From the NCBI GenBank assembly GCA_052327205.1, contig CM126214.1, positions 25,668,001-25,732,000 on the forward strand: a stretch of DNA of 64,000 nucleotides. The letters run 5' to 3'. This stretch comes from Somniosus microcephalus. Its lineage: Eukaryota. The notes under the pieces were generated by a model that was not told where the DNA came from, did not search any database, and worked only from the letters and a program-made list of their open reading frames with translations. The position numbers and the translations under genes are program-made. The stretch's first letter is position 1. Every line of letters starts with the position of its first letter. Positions 37,021 to 50,126 of this stretch are shown one piece after another.

Positions 37021-37277
37021 CTTTTCAGAAACACTTTACACTTAATTCTTGAGTTAGATTTGTCGCAGTATTTCTGGGAACACAGGATTATATAAAATGG
37101 CCAAATATTGAAGCATGTTCAGAACAAAACATTCAACCAAGACATGTGTGTTTGAAATCTCGTTGCTATACGTATTAAAGATTAGTCTTCAGTGGGAAGC
37201 TTTTCAAATTGTGACTGGTTGTAAAGATAGTTCACCTTTTTCTTGGGTTAGGTTTGCTAGATTTAAACTGTCAACTA

Positions 37278-37594
37278 CAGGAAACTTTTTTTTAATCTGG
37301 CACCGACGGGACGCCGGTTCATCAAAAATTCCGGATAACCGAAAGCTATAGTAAAAGATACGGAGTGGAGAGCTCCGTATAAAGCAACACACCCTGTTGC
37401 TTAGCAACAGGTTCAGAACAATGGCCACAAGTTCCAAGCGTCTCTGTAGCTTAGCAACAGCTGCAGCCACACCCTTGCACAGCAACAGATCGAGGAAGGC
37501 AAGTAATAAAACTTACTTGAACCTACTCCTGAATTTTGCCTGTTAACCGAGATTTCCGGTTATTTAGGTGTCGGTAAATCAAAAAAGTTTCCTA
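37278..37594. mobile_element. Tc1/mariner (Tigger-like) MITE, copy 2
   Basis: TA-flanked CAGGAAACTTTTT … AAAAAAGTTTCCT; reverse-oriented homolog of 23539-23853. Confidence 0.75.
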
Positions 37595-38123
37595 TACTGT
37601 ATATTCTTTCACATGTCCCATGCATATACATATTTGCTGGCTTTTTAATTCAAGCATTAAATAGGCAGAAAAATCGTTAGTAGGCCAGACTTACCAATGG
37701 CCATTAAAGAATGCCAGAGAACAAGTTACCCTCCCACCCCTCACCTGTAGCTGGTGTGTGGCTCAGACAGACTCAATGGGCAGGAAAGGGAGGGAAAAAA
37801 GGGGAACGCCTCAAATAAAAATTTAAACTTAAAAAATTAGCTTTTGAACCTGAAGGTTACTGGCAATATTTAATACACAATGCTGCTCGACTTAATTAAA
37901 TGATTTCTCATTAGGGTCTGCAAATTTAAACATTTTGAAGCGGTTTCTCATCTATCACATTATCTTACAGAAAATAAGTGCATCAAAGGACCAGCAATAA
38001 AAGCACAACATAAATATCCACAATTTTTATTCAATAGCATTTATTTTGAAACAGTTCGCTCTGTATAAAAAGGACCACCATCACCCTGAATCTCAATACC
38101 TGCTAGTGTACAAATGAACATAC

Positions 38124-38264
38124 CGGTAAGGGCTCATCGTCCAAGCTGCCGTTCTGAACAGACTCTGGAGCCTCTTCGTCACTGTGGTGTTTCTTTTTCT
38201 TTGATTTCTTTTCTTCTTTTGACTTGTCTTTCTTATGTTTCTTCTTCTTGTGTTTTGACGACTT
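38124..38264 (-). CDS. AP3D1: AP3D1 exon (hinge)
   Basis: KSSKHKKKKHKK…EEAPESVQNGSLDDEPLP|gtatgt. Confidence 0.92.
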
Positions 38265-39599
38265 CTAATGCAGCAGTGGCACAGCAATCAGAAAATCTTA
38301 TTACAGGCCCCGCTACTTAAAAAGGTCTGTTTAACACGTTATATGCTCATGCTCAAGCAAAAAGCACTAACGTCAATTTCTATAGTGGCTGGTTATAGTG
38401 TCTTAAGTGCTCAGTTTAGTTTAGGCAGAAACAGAAATGCTGTCTTTTTTATTCAATATGATGCCCTCCAAGAAATGCAAAAAGCAATTCTTTCAGCAAT
38501 TAAGTTCAGTCTCTTTATTTGCATCATGCTCTGCAAATTGTAGCTGGCATAATTAGCACAATGCGGATTCAGCCTGGAAATGTGCGGTTTCTTTAATTAT
38601 GCTGTCTGCTCCAAGCACTTAACAGTGGTTCTCGAGTCAAAACAGAAAGCTCTGGCAGCTGCGGCAACATCTAGTTCAAGACTTTAAATGCGCTTCAGGC
38701 AATAACATCTTTATTGAAAGTGGTGATCGCCTGCCATAAACATTAACACTGACCCTGCAACTACACTGAATATCAGTGGTCAGCATCTGAACTGTGCGGT
38801 TTGATGTCAGAAACTCTGTCCCGAGATTATAAACTGATTGCAGATTAGAATTAATGGGCAAGAGGAGCACAAGCATTGCCTGATGTGAGTTTTAGATAAA
38901 CTATTTATTGCTCCCTGAAAGACAGAATCTGTTCCAGGAATAAAGTTTGGGAGAAATTCACAGACTGTGTCAAGTTTGTTTAACTTGAGTCTATCTCCTG
39001 ACCAGACAGCCCGGAAACAATTTAGATGAGGTGTCCCAAAGCTGGGCGATTCGAACACACTCGCAGTCCCTTATAAGTATATTTCAAATATGTATTTCTT
39101 TCCCATTATACTGGCCATCAACGGGCAAATCACGTTCGCATGAACGCGCCTGCTATAAGTGGTGGGGATTGTACTAAAGTGCCATTCAATTTGGGCTTGT
39201 GTTTTGATGTGCACTTTATAACCAACGAGAATAATAAAATTCCTGTTGGTGGCACTGTTGAGTTAATAGACATCACTGCTTAGCTACACCACTAATTGAA
39301 CTTAATACAACTGCAGTCCCTATTGTATTGTAGCCCTGGGTCTTATTTATTTACATTTGTACACTTCTCACAAATTTGCGACGTGCACATACAAACAACA
39401 TTTTGGCATACCAAATATTTTGAGGCATATATTACTTAAATATATTGGAATATCCAACACAACTTGGTACCACAATTAAGATGGAATACAAAAAGGGATA
39501 TGAACCTTTGAAGAGAGGACTTTTCTTAAATTCTAATCAAATTGTTTCTGATCCCCATATTCTGATACACAAATTAGCCTTTTACTAATTTACATGCCC

Positions 39600-41440
39600 T
39601 AGCCATGAACCCACATTTTTCTCTAGTTTCTATTCTATCTCCCCTCAAGTGTTCTCCGAGCTTATCTTGTCCACGAGATCCATTTCCCGCTCCTTTGTCC
39701 CTATTTCCACTAAGCGAATCACCTAACTTCCGTTCCCGACACCCATACTAGCTGACATTGTAAATGGCACTCTGTTCCCTCAGGTACAGTCCCTCTCCCC
39801 TTTTTTAAATCTACACGATCACCCCCCACCTCAAAGAATGAATCCTCAACCCCTCTGTCTTTGCAAACTACCACCATCTCCAACCTCCCTTTCCTCTTCA
39901 AAGTGCTCAAATGTGTCGTCACTTCCCAAATCTGTACCCATCTTTCCTGCAACTCCCTGTTTAAATCTCTCCAAGAAAGCTTTTCACCCCTGCCACAGCA
40001 TTGAAAAGATCCAAACCAAAGCCACAGGTGTCTCCTGTGACTATGCTGCATTATCCATGATGGATTTGCCAAAATGATGCATTTAAGGGGCGGTTAGATA
40101 AGCATGAGTGAGAAGGGAATAGAGGGTTACGCTGATAGAGTTAGAGGAGGCTTGAGTGGAGCATAAACGCCGGCATGGACTGGTTGGGCCAAATGGCCTG
40201 TTTCTGTGCTGTATATCCTATGTAATCCTTCTTACCCTCCAGGACCTCTTCCGTTGCCCAGCTCAGCAGGAATGCCCTTGCATGGTCCCAGTTAGCGAAC
40301 TGATCGGAGCCAGAGTAGCTCTGTCACCTCCAGACTTGACTATTCCAATGCACTCCTGGTCGACTTTCCACCTTCCATTCTCTGTAAACTTCAGCTCATC
40401 TAAAACTCTGTTGCCCTACCCTGCACCAAGTCCCACTCATCCATCACCCTTGTCCTCGCTGACCTACTTTGGAGAGGTACCACCAACGCTGCCTCAGCAA
40501 GATCCTGCAAATCCACTGGCAGGATAGGCGCACCATCAGTGTTCTCGCTCAGGCCAACAACCCCAGCATCGAAGCTTTGACTACGCTCATCAGCTCCGAT
40601 GGGCGGGCCACACCGCCCGCATGCCTGATACGAGACTCCCAAAACAAGCGCTCTACTTGGAGCTCCGACACGGCAGGAGAGCCTCAGGTGGGCAAAGGAA
40701 ATGCTTCAGACACCCTCAAAGCCTCCTTGAAAAAGTGCAACATCCCCTCGGACACCTGGGAATCCCTGGCCCAAGACCTCTCAAAGTGGAGGAGAAGCAT
40801 CCGGGAAGGCGCGGAACACAGTCTCTTCACCGGGAGCAAGCGGAAGCCAAGCGCAAACAGTGGAAGGAGCACACGTCAACCCAAGAACCCCACCCACCCA
40901 CCCCTTCAACCACTGTCTGCCCCACCTGTGACAGAGACTATAGGTCCCACATTGGACTCAGTCACCTGAGAACTCATTTTTAATGTGGAAGCAAGTCATC
41001 CTCGGTTCCGAGGGACTGCCCAAGAGAGAGACAGACTTTGGGTCCCGGTCCTCCAATATAACATTTTCATCCTCCTGTGAAATCCCTTCATGGCCCCATC
41101 TCCAGAACCTTCTACAGCAGTACAAACCCCTGCCCTCCCACCCCATGACTCACTGTTCCTCTGACTCTGGCCATTTGTTCCTGCCCCCACTCCTTTTGTC
41201 CCGCCACTGCTGGCCATGCCTTCAGCCATTGAGGCCCTATGCTCGGAAATTCCCTCCCTAAACCCTTCTGTCTCCCCACCCCTCTCCTCCTTAAAGACCT
41301 TCCTTAAAACCCACCTGTTTGACTAAACCTTTGTGGTCACCCCTCCTATTATCTGCTCCTTTGATTCAGTGTTAATTTTCTGATTACAACACCATGAAGC
41401 ACCTTGGGATGTTTTTCTATATACAGTAAATGCAAGCTGT
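39600..41440 (+). mobile_element. L2 LINE remnant interrupted by a CR1 tail (about 40070-40228) and an RTE element
   Basis: L2 motifs (ANYxxISNLPFLxKVL; SRLDYSNALL) and an L2 tail at about 41430. Confidence 0.7.
40469..41025 (+). mobile_element. RTE (BovB-like) LINE 3' end
   Basis: ERYHQRCLSKILQIHWQDR…RMPDTRLPKQALY.ELRHG…DTLKASLKKCNI…CPTCDR…HLRTH zinc finger. Confidence 0.9.
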
Positions 41441-42117
41441 GTGTGCTTGTTTGATTACCCAGCAAACATCAATGGGTTATGATTGTGCTTAAGCCCTTAA
41501 TTTTCTAAATAAAACTAGGGTGCCATTATAATAATGACCAACATGTACTTACTTGCAAATTATCTTCAGTAATAGTTTATACTTCAGAATATTTAACTAA
41601 CATTTTTTGAAATACATGATCATAGCAATTCAAGGGTTGTGCTGCTGAATGTAACGTTGTATGTGCACGGAATTCTAATTGTGCTTTAAGTAGAACAAGA
41701 TACTTTAACAGTCACTTAGTAACGTACAGAAGAGTGTATGCCTTAAGCAACAACTGTTTTCAAGCAAACAATTTTCAAAAGGAACTGAAGATAACAGGAA
41801 ACAACTCCAAGGTGAAAAACCAACAAAGGTTAAATTATTTAAGTGGCAATTATTAAAGGACAGAATGACAAATCCCAACATTACCAAAAGGATCTCGGGG
41901 AAGTGATTTGCGAAGTTTGATAAACTGGACGAAGTACTTCACTTACTGCAGCAAGCATACTTGAGTGAGCAGCAACAATTCCCTCGTTGAAATTTTGCGC
42001 TTGCTGAATTAAAAAAATTTTTTTTTTTTTTTTTTTTTAAACACGTGTGCTTTAGCACAAAATTGCTTTACGCAACAGCGAGTTGCCAAATCAGTCTCCA
42101 TAGAAATTGGTACTTAC

Positions 42118-42195
42118 TGCATCCTCTTCCTTATCTTCTTTTTCTTTTAATGTCTCTTCTGGTTCAGAAGCCACTTCATTTCTAAGTGGTTCTGG
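42118..42195 (-). CDS. AP3D1: AP3D1 hinge exon
   Basis: PEPLRNEVASEPEETLKEKEDKEEDA; 78 nt, phase 0-0, ttttgcag|…|gtaagt. Confidence 0.8.
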
Positions 42196-42956
42196 CTGCA
42201 AAAAGACATCAAAACTTTTCAACTGCTGAATGTCATCTGCACGACAACAAAACAATTTTCTTCACTTAATTTCAGTTCTCACCGGAAGTCAGCCAGCACA
42301 CCTGCAAACTTATACCAGCATTGCAATTATGATATTAATGTCAGCACAGGACTAAGTTGTAAAAGTATTTGTTCTCAGATTGTGGGCAAGGCTATATCTG
42401 TTGCCCATTCCTAGGTGCCCCTAGTATTGCTTACTAGGCTGGCAGGTTCCTTTCCTTGAAGGACATAAGTAAACCATTTGGGTTCTTACAACAACCCAAC
42501 AGCTTTCATGGTAATTTTGTCTATCATTAGATTAGTTACTAGATATATTGAATTCAATTTCACAACGAGTCATGGTGGGATTTAAACTCTCAACCTCAGA
42601 GCAGCTAGTTCAGTGCCATGACTAGTACACCACTGCACTCTGTGCCAGAAATGTTAATTCTAGAGTATAAATCCTCCACTTGCATGTAGTTATACAATTT
42701 TAAAGGAGCACAAGGAAGCCCACTGTATTAAACAATTTAGACACAAGTACTTCAAACAGCATAGAACAATCATAAAGACCAGCAAACATCTCCAAAACAC
42801 TGGTAGTAAAGTTCTTGGTTATATTTTTGATTTTCAACTATTAACTATACAAATACATACACAAATAATTCAAATGCATCTTTACCCTCATATTTCAAAA
42901 AATACAAGAAATAGGCAAGTTGACATTCTTGTTCTCTCAAATGATTTTTGTATAAT

Positions 42957-43458
42957 ATTTGCCATAGAGGGAGTGCAACGAAGGTTCACGAGATTGATTC
43001 CTGGGATGGTGGGGACTGTCGTTATGAGAAGAGATTGAGTAAACTAGGCCTGTATTCTCTTGAATTCAGAAGAATGAGGGGGGGATCTCATTGAAGCATA
43101 CAAAGTTATTACAGGGCTTGATAGGGTGAATGCTGGGAGACGGTTTCCCTTGGCTGGGGAGCCTAGAACCAGGGGCCACAGCCTCAGGATAAAGGGAAGG
43201 CCATTCAGGACTGAGATGAGAAGACATTTCTTCACAGAGGTTGGTGAATCTTTGGAATTCTCTACCCCAGAGGGCTGTGGAGGCTCAATCATTGGGTATA
43301 TTCAAAACAGAAGTCGACAGATTTCTGACTAGCAAGGGCATCAAAAGGATATGGCAATAGGGCCAGTGAATGGAGTGGAGGCAGGAGATCAGCCATGATC
43401 TCATTGAATGGCGGAGCAGGTTTGAAGGGCCTACTCCTGCTCCTATTTATGTTCTTAT
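42957..43458 (+). mobile_element. CR1 LINE 3' end
   Basis: AIEGVQRRFTRLIPG…RTRGHSLRIKGRPFRTEMR; same subfamily as 1-272. Confidence 0.9.
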
Positions 43459-43645
43459 AACATATCAATACAGACCCCACACACACTATTTCCAGTCTGA
43501 AAACTAATATAAATAGGAACTAGCTACCTATGTTTGAGAAATTTGTTGTAAGCTGCATGGAATCCTTTGCAAACCATCCAGCTTAGGGAGCACGATCTAA
43601 AATGAATAGCTGGTTAATGGGTGAATGGAACCCAAGTATACTGAC

Positions 43646-43699
43646 CTGTGATTTGCTTTGTACTGGATCATTAGACAGCCAGAAGTCCAAATCTGATCC
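43646..43699 (-). CDS. AP3D1: AP3D1 hinge exon (DLDFWLS motif)
   Basis: GSDLDFWLSNDPVQSKSQ; 54 nt, phase 0-0. DLDFWLS is a conserved delta-adaptin motif. Confidence 0.9.
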
Positions 43700-43809
43700 C
43701 TTAACAGGAAAAAGCAGAAAAAAATTCCAGCAAGATTGTAATCAAGATCTCTCATTTTGGAACAGATTAAAAATTACATAGATAGATGTAGAGAACACAA
43801 AAGACAAAC

Positions 43810-45145
43810 ATAGCGGGGCACTTTGCTGCAAATCCCTGTTTGAATCTCTTCAATCAGGTTTCCGTCTCTGCCGCAGCATTAAAACGGCCCTAATCAAATT
43901 CATAAATAACCTGCTCTGTGACTGTGGACGTGATTCCATTTCCCTCCTCGACCCATCTGTATCCTGACAGAGTCGACAACATCATCCTGCACCAACATCG
44001 CTCTTCTGTTGTCCAGCTCAGTGGAACTGCCCTCGCTCAATTCTACTCTTGCCTATCTAATCGTAGCCAGAGCATCTCCAGCAACGGCTTTTTCCCCTCT
44101 GCACCATTACCTCTGGAGTTGCCCAAGGATCTATCCTTGACCCTCACCTCTTCCTCATGTAAATGCTGCCCCTTGGAGACATTACAGACATGGGGTCAGC
44201 TTCCATGTGTACGCCAATGACACCCAGCTCGCCCTTTCCACCACCACTTCTCTAACCTCTCTGATTTGAGAGGCTTCTTGCCAGACATCCAGTCTTGCAA
44301 TTTCCACCAGCTAAACATTGGTGACCAAAGCCACAGTCTTTGACCCCCGCCACAAACTCCGTACCTTCACCGCTGGTTTCATCCCCTTCCAAAGCATCTG
44401 TCTCAGGCTGGAGCAGACTGTTTGCAACATTGGCATCCTATAAGACTGGAGCTGAATTTGACACTATATCCTCTCCATTACACTGACTGCCTACTTCCAC
44501 CTCCATATCATCACCTGGCTCTAGCCCTACCTCAGCCCATCTGCTGCAGAAACCCTCATGTATGCCTTTGTTACTTCCACACTCAACCATTCCAATTCTC
44601 TCCTGGCCAGCCTCCCAGCCTCAAACTTACATAAACTTTAGCTCATCCAAAGCTCTGTTGCTAGTATCCGATCCTGCACAGAGTCCCACTTACCCATCAC
44701 TACTGCCCTTGCAGATCACTGGTTCCAGGTCCCCCAGTGCCTCAAATTTTAAATTCTCATTCTCTTTGGATTCTGTCAGGGGCCTTTTTGTATTCTCCGC
44801 AAACTCCAGCAGAACCACATACCACTCCCCAAACTCTCCCTTCCTGACTATGGCCTCGTGCCTCTCCTCTCCATTTGCCCCATCATTGGCAGCCGTGCCT
44901 GAAACCACCTAGGACCTACACTTGGGAATTCTCTCCCTGTACCTCTCTGCCTAATAGGTTGTTCAAAGATGTGGGTTTTAAGGAGGGTCTTAACAAAGGA
45001 GAGTGAGTTGAAGAGGTTTAGGCAGGGAATTCCAGAGCACAGACAACTGAAGGCAGGGCAGCCAATGGTGGGATAAGGAGGAGAGGCAATGCACAAGAGG
45101 CCAGAATTGGAGGAACAAAGAGTTCGGAGGGTTGTCAGGCTGAAG
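43810..45145. mobile_element. L2 LINE remnants (+ strand RT, then a - strand 3' end)
   Basis: QSGFR…TALIK…GVAQGSIL…FHVYANDTQL-like motifs. Confidence 0.7.
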
Positions 45146-45455
45146 GATTCATATGCTGCCAGGGTAACTTTTACAATCACCTGCATGAGCAGACCAGCCT
45201 TCAAATTTCATGCCTCATCCAAAAGATGGGACCTCCAACAGTACTGCATTGAAGTGTCAGCCTAGTATATGTGCCAAAATGTTGGAGTAGGACATGAACC
45301 TTCTGGATCAGAGGGGAGAGCTCCAATAGAAAACCTAGCTGATAATCAAGTTCACCCAATGAAGGAAGAAGTTATTATGTTTAATATTTACTTGCTTAAT
45401 AAAAACAGATTCAAAGGAAGGCTATTTTTTGTCAAATGTACAGCACAGTACTCAC

Positions 45456-45587
45456 CTCTCCTGTGGATTTTTCATTTGCTTCCTCTTTGGATGTCGGTGT
45501 AATAATTTCTTCTTTAGGGGCAGCATGTTCATTCTCTGCATTTTCGTAAGACTTCTTGTGTTTTTTGCTAACTTTCTCTCTACCTTT
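45456..45587 (-). CDS. AP3D1: AP3D1 hinge exon
   Basis: KGREKVSKKHKKSYENAENEHAAPKEEIITPTSKEEANEKSTGE; 132 nt, phase 0-0, acag|…GAG|gtgagt. Confidence 0.8.
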
Positions 45588-46198
45588 CTGTACCAAGAGA
45601 ACAGATAGCACAGAAACAAAGCATTAATCACATGTGAAGAATATAATTGAATTCTCCCCAGCCAGCAGGCCAGGACTGCCAACACAACTTCACCTGATCA
45701 ACAGGAAGTGCACTCCTGCAGGGTGCGCAGCCCAGCCTACCTTTCCTGCTGTTTGAATTGGAAGGCTACACTGCTAGAGTCAGACCTAATTTAATCAGGT
45801 GAAACTTACTCAACAAGAGTTGGTGATTTGCTGTAAAACTATTTCCAGGTGGTAAATATTCCTGGTCATGTATTTTTTTTTTAAATCTAAAAATACTTGC
45901 ACTTAACCAGGGCATGACTAGGATGGTTACTGTAAATGTTAGCACTTGGAGTATTAACCAATACCTACTGCATGTGTTTCCAATTAATTATGACAAGTTG
46001 TGCAACAACTTTTACCAAACCAACACAAGGAAAAAGATGTACCAAGCTTTCAGGAAGGGAAATGATAAGGGCGAGTAGTTCTTAAACAGCAACACATTCC
46101 TACAACACAAGGTCTTAAAAGGAACTCCTGTGAAGCACTGTAGGACATTTTACTATGTTAAAAGGCACTATATAAATGCAAGTTATGGTTGTTGAGTA

Positions 46199-46332
46199 CA
46201 ATGTTCCCTTTCATTTTTTTTGGGTGCGTGGTCCATTCAAAATACCACGCATGCATGGTTTTTCCCATTTAAAAGCCGGTGAGCCGGCTGTACAGGAGCT
46301 CCAGGGTGCTGCGCGGCTTAAAGAGAACAATG
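46199..46332. mobile_element. Small hAT (Charlie-like) MITE
   Basis: TIRs CAATGTTCCCT / AGAGAACAATG; 8-bp TSD GTTGAGTA / GTTCAGTA. Confidence 0.7.
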
Positions 46333-47226
46333 GTTCAGTAACAATTAGCCAAATGACTAAGAATTAAGAGTAGAATCTTACTGTTCTAAAAATGGCAACA
46401 TTCATCATCAACGATAATGAATTCTCCAACATGGCTAAAAGGAAGCAGGGACTTTGAGAGCATTTTAAAAGCACACCACTGCATCTCATGCTTTATTAAG
46501 CTTGTAGTTCACTACTGTAACACAAGTAACCAGGACTAGCCATTAAAACCATTATAACTTATTTATATGTCCAAGAGCCAGAACCACTGTTGAAATAACT
46601 GAAACGATACACCGCTAGAATTAACATCCAGAGTGTCGACAGTAAATAATGACACCGTGTAATAATCGTAAGACTGTCATTTTATGCTGGAACAGTGTGT
46701 AAAATGCTAGTTACATCACAGGAGAAAAGCTGTAATTTTGTTGACTTTCACATTATCAGCATCTAACATTTTCAGACCATGAACACAGGCTAGGGGCCAT
46801 GTAAAGCTCTTCCCTCTGCTCTCCTCCAACAACGTGCCCGAACCTCAACCTCAGACAAGCACCCCCACCACACCAACGTAACTTGCACATTAACTATCCC
46901 AGCCATCGAGAGCCAGATGGACAGTTAGTCGTAATTAAGATCTGAATCATAGTTAAGTTCGTGTTGTAGTTTTGTACTCAATTTGAACTAGTTTTGAGGT
47001 ATTTTACTGCCACATTTGCAGCAATTAGTCCAGCCTGGATCTGAACTGGATTCCAGAGGTTGAGAGAATATCTGGTTATCCTACTGTGCTATGCCATCCA
47101 ATAGAGAGGCACCATTTAGATATTACTACTGGCAACAGTCTGATTTGTTCTCGATTAAGTCACCCTAAACAGTGACAGGGACCAACAGAGTTCCATAAAC
47201 TCCAAATTCAGAACAGTTTAGCTTAC

Positions 47227-47380
47227 CCTTTTCTCTTTATCCTTCTTTTTGTCTTTTTCTTTCTTTGCCTTCTTAGATTTTTTGCTTTTTTCCTCTACTG
47301 GGGCAGCTTCAACTTCTGGCGACTTCTTTTCAGTTACTCGGTGTGTCCTCACAGGCAGTTTTTCATTATCTGTCAAAGGC
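47227..47380 (-). CDS. AP3D1: AP3D1 exon
   Basis: (K)PLTDNEKLPVRTHR…KKDKEKR|gtaagc. Confidence 0.93.
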
Positions 47381-47694
47381 CTTTAAAATTGCATAGAAAT
47401 AAAGTTTTACAATTAAGTGGCTATTATTAGTTTAATAAAATGATACAGATGTGCAAAGGGTTTGGATTTCCACTCACTGCTCCATAATTTTAGTTTCACC
47501 AAACATTAAAAAAAATGTTTCAACAATTCATTCACAGAACAAACCAGGTGTGTTAAGGTGAACACAACTCATTGTCATGCAAGTAGGAAAATCCACGGTA
47601 ATACTCGCAAAACAATTTGATAGACAATTCTCAGCACATCCACATTTGGAAGAAAGCTTGAACCTTTTGAAAACATGTTGCTGATCAAGTTTGG

Positions 47695-47697
<3 letters not shown>

Positions 47698-47732
<35 letters not shown>
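47698..47732. repeat. (TA)n microsatellite
   Basis: Read directly from the sequence. Confidence 0.95.
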
Positions 47733-47736
<4 letters not shown>

Positions 47737-48739
47737 TGAGTGAGAATTAAATGTTTTCCTAGCGAATACAGTTTTCCAACAAGACTACTTCCAAGAACAA
47801 GCCAAAACACAAATCAGGCAATTTAAAGTCTATTTGCACAATCTGAAACATCATTGTATAATTAAAAAGGGAACACTAGTGTTTGAGTGTAGTTATTACC
47901 AAAGCATTAGAGGATTTGGGGGGGGGGGGGGGGGGGGAGGAGAAAGAGAGAAAGAGAGAAAGAGAAAGCATTTCAAAATTACTGACAAGTATTGTAAGGT
48001 AATGAATGGCCAGTTTTCTTGGGGAAACTTCAGAACATGAGAAAGCTGGTTAAGATCAGAAAGCAACAGGCAACTTGCTAATGCACACAATCAGGCACAA
48101 ATAGTGCAAAGCATGTACAAATTTCGGAGGAAGTCAGAATGCTGAGGAGAGTTTATCAAACTGGGAGAAAATCTGAAAGCAGAGGTTTAGTTCTTAAACA
48201 AGTCAGTATGAGAAACATTCTACTCAGAATACCAGCATGCCCATTTCACAAACAACGTAGAATTGGAATAGACAAAGCCCATTATCAAGTATCCCAACAA
48301 CAATTGTAAGGCAAGTAATGGATAGATACAAGCACAATATAAATTGCCTATTTTGAGATGTTGGGAGAAGCATTAAAAAAAAAGTTAGAGAAGTATAAGA
48401 ATTTCAACCTTTTCACAGCTTTCTAATGTAACTCTGATGTAATTTTAACTGAACGTCAATAACTATATGGCATCATGCCCACACCACATCTGGGTTTAAC
48501 CCTTTGATGACTGAAATTGCAAATTTGAATATTTAAGGAAAATTTTGAATAGCCTGAAATTTTATTGCATGTGTCAATATTCAGCTTTAACAAACAAAGC
48601 CATTTTTACCATATGAAAGTGTACTGGGTAGATATCAAAGGGATAAATCTTTAAAAAGACACTCAAACCCATCTCCAAGTCAAATTGATTGATGAAAGAT
48701 CACAAAGAATAAAAACACAAAATGTTACATTTTACATAC

Positions 48740-48763
48740 CTTCCTTTTTTCATAGGATTTAGA
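48740..48763 (-). CDS. AP3D1: Candidate 24-nt AP3D1 microexon
   Basis: aaag|TCTAAATCCTATGAAAAAAGGAAG|gtatgt; phase 2-2 and stop-free; about 160 nt of AG-free, pyrimidine-rich sequence upstream. Confidence 0.55.
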
Positions 48764-48850
48764 CTTTTGTTGGGACACAAAGATGATGGTTGTGCAAGCA
48801 GTAGAAAGAGAGAGAAAGAATGACAGGAAAAAAATGGAGTGGCGTATTAA

Positions 48851-48855
<5 letters not shown>

Positions 48856-48903
<48 letters not shown>
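48856..48903. repeat. (GA)n microsatellite
   Basis: Read directly; reads (TC)n on the AP3D1 sense strand. Confidence 0.95.
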
Positions 48904-48910
<7 letters not shown>

Positions 48911-50126
48911 AGATAGTCACAGAACTCATTAAACAGCCATAAATTAGTGATATTCATTTTGGAGCAATTATAAAACTAAGCATTGATGTTAAAAATTGCT
49001 GTGTTACCATAACACATTTTGCTATTACTGTAGTTACATCTAGAATCAGAATAGTTATCATGAAGAAAGGCCATATGGCCAGAGGTGCAATATTGTTACA
49101 ATTGTGATTTTACATTAAGATTGAGGGGAAGGGGGGGGGGGGGGGGGGGGGAAGGAATCTTAGTGTCTGTATCAAATCCTGTATGTGCATTCATGTAAAC
49201 CCAACTCCTGTTCAAAAGTACAGTAATGCATTTGATATTAAATATAGTTTAAAATGCATCCACACATCTTTAAGTATTTCAAGTTCAATTGGTCATAATT
49301 ATATGTAGTTTACATAGGCAACATTACACCAATTTAAAATGACTTTTGTCAACCTGTTTGAACGGATATAACTATACTGAAAGATTTTATTGAGTGTGCC
49401 ACTTAATGCTGTTTGTGTGCTTTGCAATTTCCCATATGGCAAACATTTGATCATGACTGGACTGTCTGGGGAGATGCTGAGCAAGGGTTTAAATAGATGG
49501 GGAGATAAGAAGAAGCAAACAAAAATAGAGAGTCGGTTCACGTGGCTCATTTAAATGGAAGACCAGACAGCCAGCTCCAGGATGCAAACTTGGCCACTCA
49601 AAGCCCTCTGTTAGAAGTGATAAAATGGCAAGGAAAGGAAGAGAAAGAGAGAACTTGATCTAAAGAGGGGCAGAAGACATCCAAAAAATGGGAGAATACG
49701 TCTAAAATTGGCTTTTTCTAAAGCATCTAAATTTGATAAACTGAATGAAAGAGCAAAGTCCAATAATTTTTGTTTACAAATGTGCAAACGTAAGGGGAAA
49801 AGGCTCAAATTATCTGCGAAAAAAACTGGGTTAATTTATTAATTACAATGCACGAAAATGGTGATTAAACATTAGCGTACAAAATGTACTTGCACTCATG
49901 CAAAGTATATGGCAGTGAGCCCCCAGTACTTGAGAATGACCCATTTATGATCATACTCGTACAGCACTAGTTTATAAATCACCTGAACATTTACCAGAAC
50001 CACTAATAATTTGCTTTAAGCAATTTGTGTAAATGTCAGCTGCAAACAAAATAAATGCTAATCGTTTCAAAAACAGTAGTTTCTTGGCTTTGTGACAATA
50101 CTAACAAATAACAAATGTATACTTAC

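Noticed and set aside
42196-42237. Upstream alternative acceptor for the 42118-42195 exon
   Set aside because: It introduces an in-frame TGA.
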